DNA of 64,000 nt, from the NCBI GenBank assembly GCA_963664825.1, contig OY761614.1:1376001-1440000 (forward strand), in the 5' to 3' direction. Below, piece after piece: positions 1-11,716 of the stretch (its first letter is position 1; every line of letters begins with the position of its first letter). This stretch comes from an uncultured Holophaga sp. Lineage in GTDB: Bacteria > Acidobacteriota > Holophagae > Holophagales > Holophagaceae. The translations under genes and the position numbers were made by a program. The notes beneath the pieces were generated by a model that was not told the origin of the DNA, ran no database searches, and was given only the letters and a program-made list of their open reading frames with translations.

Positions 1-726
1 GACCGCAGCATCACGGGGCCCGCGGAATTCATCCAGACCAACGTGGTGGGCACCTTCTCCATGCTGGAAGCCGCCCGCCAGGCCTGGGCGGGCGACACGA
101 ACTGTCGCTTCCTGCACATCAGCACCGACGAGGTGTACGGATCCCTGGGTGAGACGGGCAAGTTCTCGGAAACGATGGCCTACGCCCCCAATAGTCCCTA
201 CAGCGCCAGCAAGGCCAGTAGCGACCATCTGGTGCGGGCCTATCACCACACCTACGGCCTGAATACCGTGACGACCAATTGCTCCAATAACTACGGTCCC
301 CGCCAGCATCCGGAAAAGCTCATTCCCCTGGCCATCACGCGCATGGCCAAGGGCGAGCCCATCCCCATCTACGGCGATGGCCAGAACGTGCGGGACTGGC
401 TATTCGTGGAGGACCACTGCGCGGCCCTGGAGTTAGTGATGCTGAAGGGCGTCAGTGGCGAGACCTACTGCGTGGGGGGCGATAACGAGCGGACGAACCT
501 GGAGCTCATCGATCTGCTCTGCGATTGCGTGGACCAGCATCTGGGACGAGCCCAGGGCACGAGCCGCAGGCTCAAAACCTTCGTAAAGGACCGGGCGGGA
601 CATGATAGGCGGTATGCCATTGACGCGGGCAAGATCCAACGCGAGCTGGGATGGCACCCTGCCCATTCCTTTGCCGAGGCCCTCCAGGCCACCGTGGCCT
701 GGTACCTTCCGGCCGGGAATCGCTGA
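1..726 (+). CDS. rfbB: dTDP-glucose 4,6-dehydratase (5' end outside window)
   Basis: Frame open from base 1 ([18 protein letters not shown]); motifs [41 protein letters not shown]. Confidence 0.95.
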   Translation, partial: DRSITGPAEFIQTNVVGTFSMLEAARQAWAGDTNCRFLHISTDEVYGSLGETGKFSETMAYAPNSPYSASKASSDHLVRAYHHTYGLNTVTTNCSNNYGPRQHPEKLIPLAITRMAKGEPIPIYGDGQNVRDWLFVEDHCAALELVMLKGVSGETYCVGGDNERTNLELIDLLCDCVDQHLGRAQGTSRRLKTFVKDRAGHDRRYAIDAGKIQRELGWHPAHSFAEALQATVAWYLPAGNR

Positions 727-776
727 GACCCCATGATCAAACACAGGCCAAGGGCCACATCCATCCGGGGGATTCG

Positions 777-2918
777 ATGACTCAGGCCTTGCCAGGGCCC
801 TGTGGGGTGGAGACTTCGAAACTGTCCCGGGAGTGGGCGCGCATCCTGCGCCAGATTGATGATGCCGTTTCTTCATTAATGTCCTACCGCTTCCGGCGCA
901 GGTTCCTAAAACCACTCCGGCAGCGCGTCAAACATTTTGAATCCATTCCGCCCCAGGAGCTCCCTTCCAAGGTCAGCCAGGCCTTCGCCTCTGCCCCTAT
1001 GACCGCACCTCGATTCAGCGTCATCATCCCGGTCTTCAATAAATTTGAATTCACGGCGAGATGCCTGCTGTCCCTGGCTGAACTTGTCCAGAAGGAGCCC
1101 TTCGAGATCATCGTTGTGGATGACGGTTCCAGCGATCAAACGAAACCGACGCTCTCCGGGCTATCGGGGCTCCGTTTCCACAGAAATCCCGCGAATCTCG
1201 GCTTCGTGGATTCTTGCAATGTCGGGGCCCGGATGGCCACCGGAGAGTATCTGGTCTTCCTCAATAACGACACACTGGTTACCCCAGGCTGGATCGAAGC
1301 CCTCGAGCAGACCTTCCATGCCCGCGAGGACTGTGGTTTGGTGGGCTCGATGCTCATCTATCCAGACATGACCCTCCAGGAGGCCGGAGGGATGGTCTTC
1401 CGGGACGGATCGGCCTCGAACCGAGGAAAGGGCCGGGATATCGGCGATCCCGAATTCAATTACCTTCGCCCCGTCGACTACTGCAGTGGAGCCTCGATCA
1501 TGATCCGCGCCGAGCTGTTCAAGCAGATCGGAGCATTCGATACCCGCTATCGACCCGCCTACTACGAAGACACGGATCTAGCCTTTGCGGTGAGGCGCGC
1601 GGGTTTCCAGGTCTACTACCAACCAGCCTCAAAGGTGATCCACTTCGAGGGGGTCACCGCTGGGAAAAAGACCTCCCACGGCGTGAAGGCCCATCAAGTG
1701 ACCAATCGCCTCCTCTTTCTTGAGAAGTGGACGGAAACCCTGTCACACCAACCCAAGCGGCAGGACCCACGGGATACCCAAGACCACGCGGGAGGAATCC
1801 TAGTCCTCGACCATAAGATTCCCAAACCCGACCGGGATTCCGGCTCCCTGGACATGTTCAATGCCCTGCGGATCATGACCAAACTGGGCTATCAGGTGGA
1901 TTACCTGCCGCTCGCACGACCCGAATATGCTTCCCAGTACACGGAATTGCTTCAGCAGGAAGGGGTCCGCTGTCTGTACCGACCTTATTTCCGAAGTCTC
2001 AAAAAACATCTCAAAAAAAAACATAGCTACGACTTCGTATTCATTTCACGCATCAAGACCATCCAAAAAAGCTTCGACCAAGTTCGGAAGTGGGCCGCTG
2101 AGGCCAAGATCATCTTCAACACCGTAGACCTGAACTTCCTGCGGGTGGGCCGACGAGCCACAGTCGAACAAAGCCGACGCCTCGCCCGTAAGGCAGAGAA
2201 ATATCGCGTGGCCGAACTCCATTACCTCAATCACGCCGATGCCAGTATCATCATCAGCCCGGTGGAGCGGGACCTGATCTCCCCGGATATCGACCCCAGC
2301 AGGATCGAGATCATCCCCCTGATCCGGGAATTCCCATCGGTCAGGGCCTCCTTTCGGGGGAGTCAGAACATTGCGTTCATCGGACATTTCACCCATCGTC
2401 CGAACGTGGATGCCATGCAGTTCTTCCTCTCCGAGATATGGCCCACGCTCAAGTCCAGGATGCCCGGTGTGCGATTCGATATCATCGGCCAGGGTTTCCC
2501 ATCGGAACTCTCTCCGCTGGTGGATGATTCCGTCAAGATCCACGGCCTGATCCCGGATCTGGATGCCCTTTTCCCCACGCTCAGGCTATGCGTCGCTCCG
2601 CTCCGCTACGGAGCTGGCCTCAAGGGGAAACTCGCCACTTCACTGGGCTACGGCGTTCCCAGCGTCGTCTCGCCGATAGCCATCGAAGGCATGGGACTCC
2701 TGCACGGCCAGCACGTACTCGTGGCCGACAGCCCCGGCAGTTGGATCCAACAGATATTCGAGCTCTACAACGACCAGGAACAGTGGGAGAAAATTGCAGA
2801 TGCCGGCTTAGCCTTCGTCGAGGGCCAATACTCAATGGCCAGGAATACGGAACGTTTCCAGGCCTTGTTTCAGAAACTGAAACCCGTCGTTGGAATTCAG
2901 GCATCTCTTCGTATGTGA
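777..2918 (+). CDS. Two-domain glycosyltransferase (GT2 + GT4-like)
   Basis: GT2 motifs FSVIIPVFN, VVDDGSSD, FLNND, YYEDTDL; C-terminal GT-B motifs DRDSGS, APLRYGAGLKGK; start uncertain. Confidence 0.85.
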   Translation: MTQALPGPCGVETSKLSREWARILRQIDDAVSSLMSYRFRRRFLKPLRQRVKHFESIPPQELPSKVSQAFASAPMTAPRFSVIIPVFNKFEFTARCLLSLAELVQKEPFEIIVVDDGSSDQTKPTLSGLSGLRFHRNPANLGFVDSCNVGARMATGEYLVFLNNDTLVTPGWIEALEQTFHAREDCGLVGSMLIYPDMTLQEAGGMVFRDGSASNRGKGRDIGDPEFNYLRPVDYCSGASIMIRAELFKQIGAFDTRYRPAYYEDTDLAFAVRRAGFQVYYQPASKVIHFEGVTAGKKTSHGVKAHQVTNRLLFLEKWTETLSHQPKRQDPRDTQDHAGGILVLDHKIPKPDRDSGSLDMFNALRIMTKLGYQVDYLPLARPEYASQYTELLQQEGVRCLYRPYFRSLKKHLKKKHSYDFVFISRIKTIQKSFDQVRKWAAEAKIIFNTVDLNFLRVGRRATVEQSRRLARKAEKYRVAELHYLNHADASIIISPVERDLISPDIDPSRIEIIPLIREFPSVRASFRGSQNIAFIGHFTHRPNVDAMQFFLSEIWPTLKSRMPGVRFDIIGQGFPSELSPLVDDSVKIHGLIPDLDALFPTLRLCVAPLRYGAGLKGKLATSLGYGVPSVVSPIAIEGMGLLHGQHVLVADSPGSWIQQIFELYNDQEQWEKIADAGLAFVEGQYSMARNTERFQALFQKLKPVVGIQASLRM

Positions 2919-3424
2919 ACGCGTATCCTCTCCCGGATGGCCTCCAGGAGTTCCGGGAGGGGGTGAGCGCGGGAGCGGGCGCAGGCGTGGGCGGCTTCCC
3001 CGCAGAGGAGGCAGAGCCGGGGTGGAAGGTCCAGGAGCCTGCGGGAGAGGGAGCCCTGCTCGGGATCGATCACGTCCAGATCCCATAGGCGCCCCAGGGC
3101 ATGGGTATCCTCCAGGCCGACGGTGGCACGCTTGAGCTCCAGCGCATCCGCATCGACTACCAGGAGCGCCTCGGGGCCCGTGGGGTCCAGGCGCAGTTCC
3201 CGACTTAGCAAAGGCCATTTCCGGCGGTCCAGGAGGACTTCCAGGGCGCCCAGGGCCCCATCCATGAGAAGCCTCGCCTCCGGGGAATCCTTGACGGGCC
3301 CCGGCATCACGAGGCTGATGGACACCAGGGGCCTCCGGAAGGCCTCCAGAGCCTGCCGCTGGAGGAGGACCCGGCGTTCGCGGTTCGCCAGGACCTCCTC
3401 CAGTTTGACTGTGGTTTCCCTCAG
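2897..3424 (-). CDS. citX: Apo-citrate lyase phosphoribosyl-dephospho-CoA transferase
   Basis: LEEVLANRERR...SISLVMPGPVK, TGPEA, LGRLWDLDV, CLLC...CARSRAH; homologous sequence extends upstream of the called GTG (3325) to a CTG overlapping the citF stop. Confidence 0.9.
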   Translation of the reverse strand: MRETTVKLEEVLANRERRVLLQRQALEAFRRPLVSISLVMPGPVKDSPEARLLMDGALGALEVLLDRRKWPLLSRELRLDPTGPEALLVVDADALELKRATVGLEDTHALGRLWDLDVIDPEQGSLSRRLLDLPPRLCLLCGEAAHACARSRAHPLPELLEAIRERIRVHIRRDA

Positions 3425-4947
3425 GGTTTCACCTGGCGGACGACATCGATGACGCTCCCATCCCGGTAGTGGATGATGCCCACGACCTTGTCCAGGAATT
3501 CGATGGGCGCGGGTTCCCCGGTGATGGAGACGGCGCGCTCGTAGAGTTCCTGGATCGTCATGACCGGAAGCCCCGCCGCCCGCAGGCGCGCCTCCACCTC
3601 GGGGCGGTTGGGGTTCACGGCGATGCCGTGATCCGTCACCAGCACTCCGATGCAGGGCCCCGGGGTCACGAGGGTCGTGACCCGCTTCACGACGGTGGGG
3701 ATGCGCCCCCGGATCAGGGGCCCCACCACGATGGAGAGGTTGGCAGTGGCGGCCACATCACAGTGGCCGCCGGAGGCGCCCATCATGAGCCCATCGGAAC
3801 CCGTCACCACATTCACGTTGAAGTCGAGATCGACCTCGAGAGCGCTCAGGATCACCACGTCCAGGCGATCGCAGTGGGTGCCCTTGGAACTGGGGTTGGC
3901 GTATTCGTTGGCGCTGACCTCGATGTGATCCGGGCTGGTGCGCAGGGATTCTATGGCATCCCCGTCGAAGCACTGCACGTCCAGCAGCTTGCCGATGAGG
4001 CCCTTCTTGTGTAGATCCACGATGCCGCCCGTGATGCCCCCCAGGGCGAAGCTGGCGGTGATGCCCTTGGCGCGCATCTTCTGCTCCAGGAAGCGCACCA
4101 CCGCGGTGGAAGCGCCGCCGGAGCCGGTCTGTAGCGAGAAGTCCTGCTCGAAGTACCCGGAGTGTTCGATCACGTTCGCGGCGTGGCGGGCGATCAAGAG
4201 ATCCCGGGGGTTCTTCGTCACGCGGGCGGCACCCACGCTGATCTTGGAGGGATCGCCCACCTGGTCGACCTTCACGATCCAATCCACCTGGTCCTGGCTG
4301 ATGCTGGCCGGGGCGTGGGGGAAGGGGAGGATCTCCTCCGTGAGGAGGATCACCTTATCCGCGAACTGGGCGTCCACCTTGCCGTAGCCCAGGGAGCCGC
4401 AGTGGGACTTGCCGGAAACGCCATTGGCATTGCCGAAGGCGTCGCAGGCCGAGACTCCCAGGAAGGCCACGTCCAACTTCAGTTGGCCCGACTTGATCAG
4501 GTGCACGCGCCCGCCGTGGGAGTGGATGTGGATGGGCTGCTCCATCAGGCCGTTGGAGATGGCCTTGGCCAGCTCGCCGCGCATGCCCGAGGTGTAGATC
4601 TTGGTGATGACGCCAGCCTTGATGTGCTCCACCAGGGGCGCATTGCAGGTGAGCAGGGAGGATGAAGCCAGGGTGAGGTTCTTGAAGCCCATGCGGGCAA
4701 GGGTATCGACCACCCGGTTGATGACCTTGTCGCCTTCCCGGAAGGCGTGATGGAAGGAGATGGTCATGCCGTCCTTGAGGCCCGAGCGGCGGATGGCCTC
4801 CTCCAGGGAGTCCACGAGCTTGCGATCCAGCTTCTCCTTGGGGTCCTTCAGGTAGGGCGTGTGCGTCGCGTAGTCCCGGAAGCGCTCCAGCCCCTGGAGG
4901 CAGGCGTCCTGGAGATCGAGGGTGCGTTGGTTGTTGTTCATGATCAC
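3421..4947 (-). CDS. citF: Citrate lyase alpha subunit (citrate-ACP transferase)
   Basis: [40 protein letters not shown]; start 4947 (GTG) or 4941 (ATG). Confidence 0.97.
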   Translation of the reverse strand: MIMNNNQRTLDLQDACLQGLERFRDYATHTPYLKDPKEKLDRKLVDSLEEAIRRSGLKDGMTISFHHAFREGDKVINRVVDTLARMGFKNLTLASSSLLTCNAPLVEHIKAGVITKIYTSGMRGELAKAISNGLMEQPIHIHSHGGRVHLIKSGQLKLDVAFLGVSACDAFGNANGVSGKSHCGSLGYGKVDAQFADKVILLTEEILPFPHAPASISQDQVDWIVKVDQVGDPSKISVGAARVTKNPRDLLIARHAANVIEHSGYFEQDFSLQTGSGGASTAVVRFLEQKMRAKGITASFALGGITGGIVDLHKKGLIGKLLDVQCFDGDAIESLRTSPDHIEVSANEYANPSSKGTHCDRLDVVILSALEVDLDFNVNVVTGSDGLMMGASGGHCDVAATANLSIVVGPLIRGRIPTVVKRVTTLVTPGPCIGVLVTDHGIAVNPNRPEVEARLRAAGLPVMTIQELYERAVSITGEPAPIEFLDKVVGIIHYRDGSVIDVVRQVKP

Positions 4948-5831
4948 TTCCCCGCTTCCATGCGAATGCCGGAGGTCTTCGCGAGCTGCAGCGTGCGCCT
5001 GGCGCTATTGACCACCGGGGCGTCCACCATCTTCCCGTTCAGGGAGACCACGCCCAGGCCCTCCCGCTCGGCCTTTTCCGCGGCCTCGACGATGCGCTCG
5101 GCCTTGGCCACCTCGGCGGCCGTCGGCGCATAGGCGTTGTGGAGGAGCTCGATCTGGCGGGGGTTGATGAGCGACTTGCCGTTGAAGCCCAGGCGCTTGA
5201 TGAGTTCGACTTCCTTGAGGAAGCCCTCGTCGTCGTTGACGTCCGAATAGACCACGTCGAAGGCGTCGATCTTGGCGGCCCGGGCCGCGTGGAGGAGGGC
5301 GCAGCGGGCATAGAAGAGCTCGGTGCCGTCCCCCCTGGAAGTCTGCATATCCACCACGTAATCGAAGCCCGCCAGCGCGATGGAATCCATGCGGGGGCTG
5401 GAGGTGGCGATGGAGACGGCGTTGACCACTCCCGAGGCCGATTCGATGGCGGCCATCAGCTTGGTGGATCCCACGGCCCGGCCGCATTCCCGCTCGATGC
5501 GCTCCACGTGGCTCTCCAGCTCCTGGATATCCTCGGCGCGATCGGTCTTGGGCAAGCGGATGATCTCGGCGCCTCCGCGCACGGCGGCCTCCAGATCCAG
5601 CAGCCCGTAGGGCGTATCCAGGGGGTTGATGCGCACCACCTTCTCGATGCCGTCATAGACGGGGTTCTGGATCGCATGAAACACCAGGAGACGGGCCGTG
5701 TCCTTTTCCCGCAGGGCCACCGCGTCCTCCAGATCGAACATGATGGAATCGGGCTTATGCACGAAGGCCGTGCTGAGCATGGCGGCGTTTGAGCCCGGGA
5801 TGAAGAGCATGCTGCGTCGGATCTTGCTCAT
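4944..5831 (-). CDS. citE: Citrate lyase beta subunit (citryl-ACP lyase)
   Basis: [51 protein letters not shown] at 5831 overlaps the citD stop. Confidence 0.97.
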   Translation of the reverse strand: MSKIRRSMLFIPGSNAAMLSTAFVHKPDSIMFDLEDAVALREKDTARLLVFHAIQNPVYDGIEKVVRINPLDTPYGLLDLEAAVRGGAEIIRLPKTDRAEDIQELESHVERIERECGRAVGSTKLMAAIESASGVVNAVSIATSSPRMDSIALAGFDYVVDMQTSRGDGTELFYARCALLHAARAAKIDAFDVVYSDVNDDEGFLKEVELIKRLGFNGKSLINPRQIELLHNAYAPTAAEVAKAERIVEAAEKAEREGLGVVSLNGKMVDAPVVNSARRTLQLAKTSGIRMEAGK

Positions 5832-6118
5832 GCCAGGGTCCTCCAGTTCAGTTCCCCACCCTCGGTGCCGCGCAGGACTGCCGCCTGCACCCGGGCGCGG
5901 ATGGTGCAATCCAGGGCCCCCTTGTCCTCGATGACGATCTGGCCGCCGGTGACGCCCTGCTTCTGCAGGGTCTCCTGGACCACCTTCCGGATCTGGGCGC
6001 CGAACTGGCGCATCACTTCGCTGGAAATGACCACCTCCAAACCCACGCCCGGAGAGACCTTCACCAGCAGGTCGTTGGACTCCAGCGTCCCCGCCATGGC
6101 TTCCTTTACGATTTCCAT
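5828..6118 (-). CDS. citD: Citrate lyase acyl carrier protein (gamma subunit)
   Basis: 96 aa; AGTLESND prosthetic-group Ser motif, [14 protein letters not shown]-like GAGGTG upstream. Confidence 0.96.
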   Translation of the reverse strand: MEIVKEAMAGTLESNDLLVKVSPGVGLEVVISSEVMRQFGAQIRKVVQETLQKQGVTGGQIVIEDKGALDCTIRARVQAAVLRGTEGGELNWRTLA

Positions 6119-6177
6119 CCATCCCACCTCATGCTTTTGGCCCCTCGGGACCTGGATTACGGGAGCGCCTTTTGCGC

Positions 6178-7197
6178 CTAGGTGCAAGGGGCATACTTGA
6201 TCCGCAGGCGCGCCAGGGTTGTCGCAGGCACCAGGGAGGCCATCGCCTCGAAGTCGCCCAGGGCCAGCAGACGCCTCACTTCCGAAGCCGATACGGGCCG
6301 CCCGGCCACCTCCAGGCGAGGCACCTCCACGACCCGGATGGCCGGGCCTGGGCCCTCCTCGGCCTCCAGCCAGCGATGCATATCCTCGTTGTACTTTCGC
6401 GTGAGCCCGCAGAAGGGCTCGGTGCCCACGAAGCGATGGGTGATGCCCAGGGCCGGAGCCAGATACTGGCGGAACATCAAGAGATCCATGGCCGTGCTGC
6501 AGGCCTCCACCGCGCAGGCATCCTTGATGAAGTAGCTGGGGAAGGTGGCCTTGGAGATGAGATAGCGGGAGCCCTCATGCACCGTGAGGCGCTCCAGCCC
6601 CCCAAGCCCCTGGCGCACCAGATCCAGACGATCCTCGTAGGCGATGGCCGAGGCGTCTTCCCCGACCACGAAGACGTGCAGCCAATCGCAATTCTGAAGG
6701 GCCTGGCGCACCAGATGGAGATGGCCCAAGGTGAAGGGATTGGCGTTCACGACCACGGCCCCCCCTTCCCGTTTCAGGAGCCGCAGGCTATCGCAGTAGG
6801 CCCGGATGCCGACGGGCGTGTTCTCCATGAGGCAGGCCTGGCCAGGCACTTCCACCAACTCGTGGAAGCCGCAGCCCCGGAAGAGGGCGGCATTCGAAGG
6901 CTTGGTATAGAGGAAGAGATGGGCCTGGCCCCGCTCCAGGGCCAGATGGACCAGCTCGTTCATGAGCCTCAGGGCCAGATTGGCGCCGCGATGCTCGGCG
7001 TCGATGGCCACGCACTTGACGACGCCCTCTGTGAGCCCGGCGCAGGCCACGAGGCGCGCACCGGCCCGTCCCACCACGAAGACCTGGATGCCCGGCTCCA
7101 GGTCCAGGCCGCTGGCGGCGAGAAGGACCTTCAGCTCCGCCGCCCCTCGGGAATCCTCCCGGGGGACGAGGGTGCCGAATTCCACTTCCTCTTCCAC
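6178..7197 (-). CDS. citC: [Citrate (pro-3S)-lyase] ligase
   Basis: N-terminal GNAT-like part (HLFLYTKP); NANPFTLGH, ISKATFPSYF, RFVGTEP, SASEVR. Confidence 0.95.
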   Translation of the reverse strand: MEEEVEFGTLVPREDSRGAAELKVLLAASGLDLEPGIQVFVVGRAGARLVACAGLTEGVVKCVAIDAEHRGANLALRLMNELVHLALERGQAHLFLYTKPSNAALFRGCGFHELVEVPGQACLMENTPVGIRAYCDSLRLLKREGGAVVVNANPFTLGHLHLVRQALQNCDWLHVFVVGEDASAIAYEDRLDLVRQGLGGLERLTVHEGSRYLISKATFPSYFIKDACAVEACSTAMDLLMFRQYLAPALGITHRFVGTEPFCGLTRKYNEDMHRWLEAEEGPGPAIRVVEVPRLEVAGRPVSASEVRRLLALGDFEAMASLVPATTLARLRIKYAPCT

Positions 7198-7210
7198 GAA
7201 GCGGTCCTCT

Positions 7211-9142
7211 TCAGGCCTGGGTCGTGAAGTTCAGGAGGCCTCCCGCCAAGAGGATCTGACGCTGGCGCTGGGAGAGGGCGTAGGTGCAGGACACGGGTTT
7301 CTGGCCAGCGACCTGGAGAAGGATGGGCTCGCCCTTCTCGATGGCCTGCCTCCAATCGGGAGCCTCCAAGGCCACGCCGACCTCGATGCGATCGTAGTCG
7401 GCGGGGTTCTCGAAGAGCAGGGGCAGAATGCCGAAGTTCACGAGGTTGGCGGCGTGGATGCGTTCGAAGGATTTCGCCACCACCGCCTTCACGCCCAGGT
7501 ACATCGGGCACATGGCCGCATGCTCGCGGCTGGAGCCCTGGCCGTAGGATTCCCCGGCCACGATGACATTGTGGAGGCCCTTGTCCCTATTCTCCATGCA
7601 GCGGGTGGAGAAGGTGCCGTCCACATTCTCGAAGACAAACTTGGCGTAGGTCGGCACATTGGAGCGGTACTTCAGGCGGGCCCCGGCGGGCATGATGTGG
7701 TCGGTGGTGATCTTCTCGCCCACCTTGATGGTCGCCAGGCCCTTGAGGGAGGCGGGCATGGGCTCATTGCTGGGGGGTTCGCCGATATTGGGGCCGCGGA
7801 AGATCTGGGTACCCCGGGCGGCCTCGGAGGGGAAGATGAACATGGAGTCGTCCACCAGGAAGCTCTCGGGCTCCTGGATGCCGGGGTACGGAATGCCCGG
7901 GGTGGAGGGATCCGTGAAGGTGCCCGTGAGGGCGGCCAGGGCGGCCACCTCAGGGCTCACCAGGTAGACCTGGGCGTCCTTGGTGCCGCTCCGCGCCTCG
8001 AAATTGCGGTTGGAGGTGCGCAGGCTCACGCCGCCGCTCTTGGGGGAGAAGTGGTTGCCGATGCAGAAGCCGCAGGCCGATTCCAGGATGCGGGCCCCGC
8101 TATCGAGCATATCGGCCATGCTGCCGTCCCGGCTGAGCATTTGGAGCACCTGGCGGGAACCCGGCGCGATGCCCAGGCTCACGTTCTCATTCACCCGGTG
8201 CCCCTTGAGGATGGCGGCCGTGGTGCGCATATCCTTGAGGCTGGAATTGGTGCAGGAGCCGATGCAGACCTGGTCGACCTTCATCCCGGCCAGTTCCTTC
8301 ACGGACTTGACGTTGCCGGGGCTGTGGGGGCAGGCGGCCAGGGGCTCGATGGAACCTAGGTCCACCTCGATGACCCGGTCAAAGGAGGCGCCTTCGTCAT
8401 CCTTCAGTTCGCTCCAATCCTGTTCGCGCCCTTGAGCCTTGAGGAAGGCGCGGGTCACGGAATCGCTGGGGAAGATGGAGGTCGTCACACCCATCTCGGC
8501 GCCCATATTGGTGATGGTGGCGCGCTGAGGCACGGAGAGGGTCTCCACGCCGGGACCGCCGTATTCGAGCACCACGCCCACGTTGCCCTTGGTGGTGAGC
8601 AGGCTGAGCATGTGGAGCACCACGTCCTTGGCGGTCACCCAGGGGCGCAGGCTGCCCTTGAGACGGGCCAGATAGACCTTGGGGGCCGTCAGATAGAAGT
8701 TCCCGCCGCCCATGGCCACAGCCACGTCCAGGCCGCCGGCGCCGACGGCGATCTGGCCGATGCCGCCGCCCGTGGGCGTATGGCTATCGGAACCCAGCAG
8801 GGTCGTGCCGGGCTTGCCGAAGCGCTCCAGGTGGACCTGATGGCAGATGCCATTGCCGGGGCGGGAATAGACCAGGCCGAAGCGCTGGGCGATGGTCTGG
8901 AGGTAGCGGTGGTCATCGGCATTCTCGAAGCCCACCTGGACCGTGTTGTGGTCCACATAGGACACGGAGAGATCGGTCTTGATGGCGGGCAAGCCCATCG
9001 CCTCGAACTGCAGGTAGGCCATGGTGCCCGTGGCGTCCTGGGTGAGGGTCTGGTCGATGCGGATGCCGATCTCCTGGCCGACGACGTATTCGCCTTCGCG
9101 CAGGTGAGCCTGGAGGATCTTCTGAACGATGTTGCGCTGCAT
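7211..9142 (-). CDS. Aconitate hydratase (short ~640 aa type)
   Basis: TQDATG, GICHQ, GSDSHT, IGSCTN, ACGFCIG, NRNF, TTDHI, GSSREHAA. Confidence 0.93.
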   Translation of the reverse strand: MQRNIVQKILQAHLREGEYVVGQEIGIRIDQTLTQDATGTMAYLQFEAMGLPAIKTDLSVSYVDHNTVQVGFENADDHRYLQTIAQRFGLVYSRPGNGICHQVHLERFGKPGTTLLGSDSHTPTGGGIGQIAVGAGGLDVAVAMGGGNFYLTAPKVYLARLKGSLRPWVTAKDVVLHMLSLLTTKGNVGVVLEYGGPGVETLSVPQRATITNMGAEMGVTTSIFPSDSVTRAFLKAQGREQDWSELKDDEGASFDRVIEVDLGSIEPLAACPHSPGNVKSVKELAGMKVDQVCIGSCTNSSLKDMRTTAAILKGHRVNENVSLGIAPGSRQVLQMLSRDGSMADMLDSGARILESACGFCIGNHFSPKSGGVSLRTSNRNFEARSGTKDAQVYLVSPEVAALAALTGTFTDPSTPGIPYPGIQEPESFLVDDSMFIFPSEAARGTQIFRGPNIGEPPSNEPMPASLKGLATIKVGEKITTDHIMPAGARLKYRSNVPTYAKFVFENVDGTFSTRCMENRDKGLHNVIVAGESYGQGSSREHAAMCPMYLGVKAVVAKSFERIHAANLVNFGILPLLFENPADYDRIEVGVALEAPDWRQAIEKGEPILLQVAGQKPVSCTYALSQRQRQILLAGGLLNFTTQA

Positions 9143-9157
9143 GGTGTCTCCGGTGCG

Positions 9158-11569
<2,412 letters not shown>

Positions 11570-11574
11570 CTAAA

Positions 11575-11591
11575 CGCGAGATGCGTGCCAA
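11575..11591 (-). promoter_or_regulatory. Sigma54 -24/-12 promoter for the icd-aconitase-cit operon
   Basis: Minus strand TTGGCACGCATCTCGCG gives GG-N10-GC with TGGCAC; lies directly downstream of a sigma54 activator gene. Confidence 0.8.
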
Positions 11592-11716
11592 TTCCTCGAA
11601 GCGCACAAGGTTCCCCGAAGGAGCGCGTCATCCAGGCGGGCTGCGGCCCCGGGAGCCCCCCTCTCTCTCCGCCGGGAATGAGGGCATCACCCAGCCCCGG
11701 TTAATGGGCCAATAGG

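Noticed and set aside
4944..6122. Apparent 392-aa extended CitE or CitD-CitE fusion
   Set aside because: The extension is an alternative frame over citD; the real citE start is ATG 5831 overlapping the citD stop
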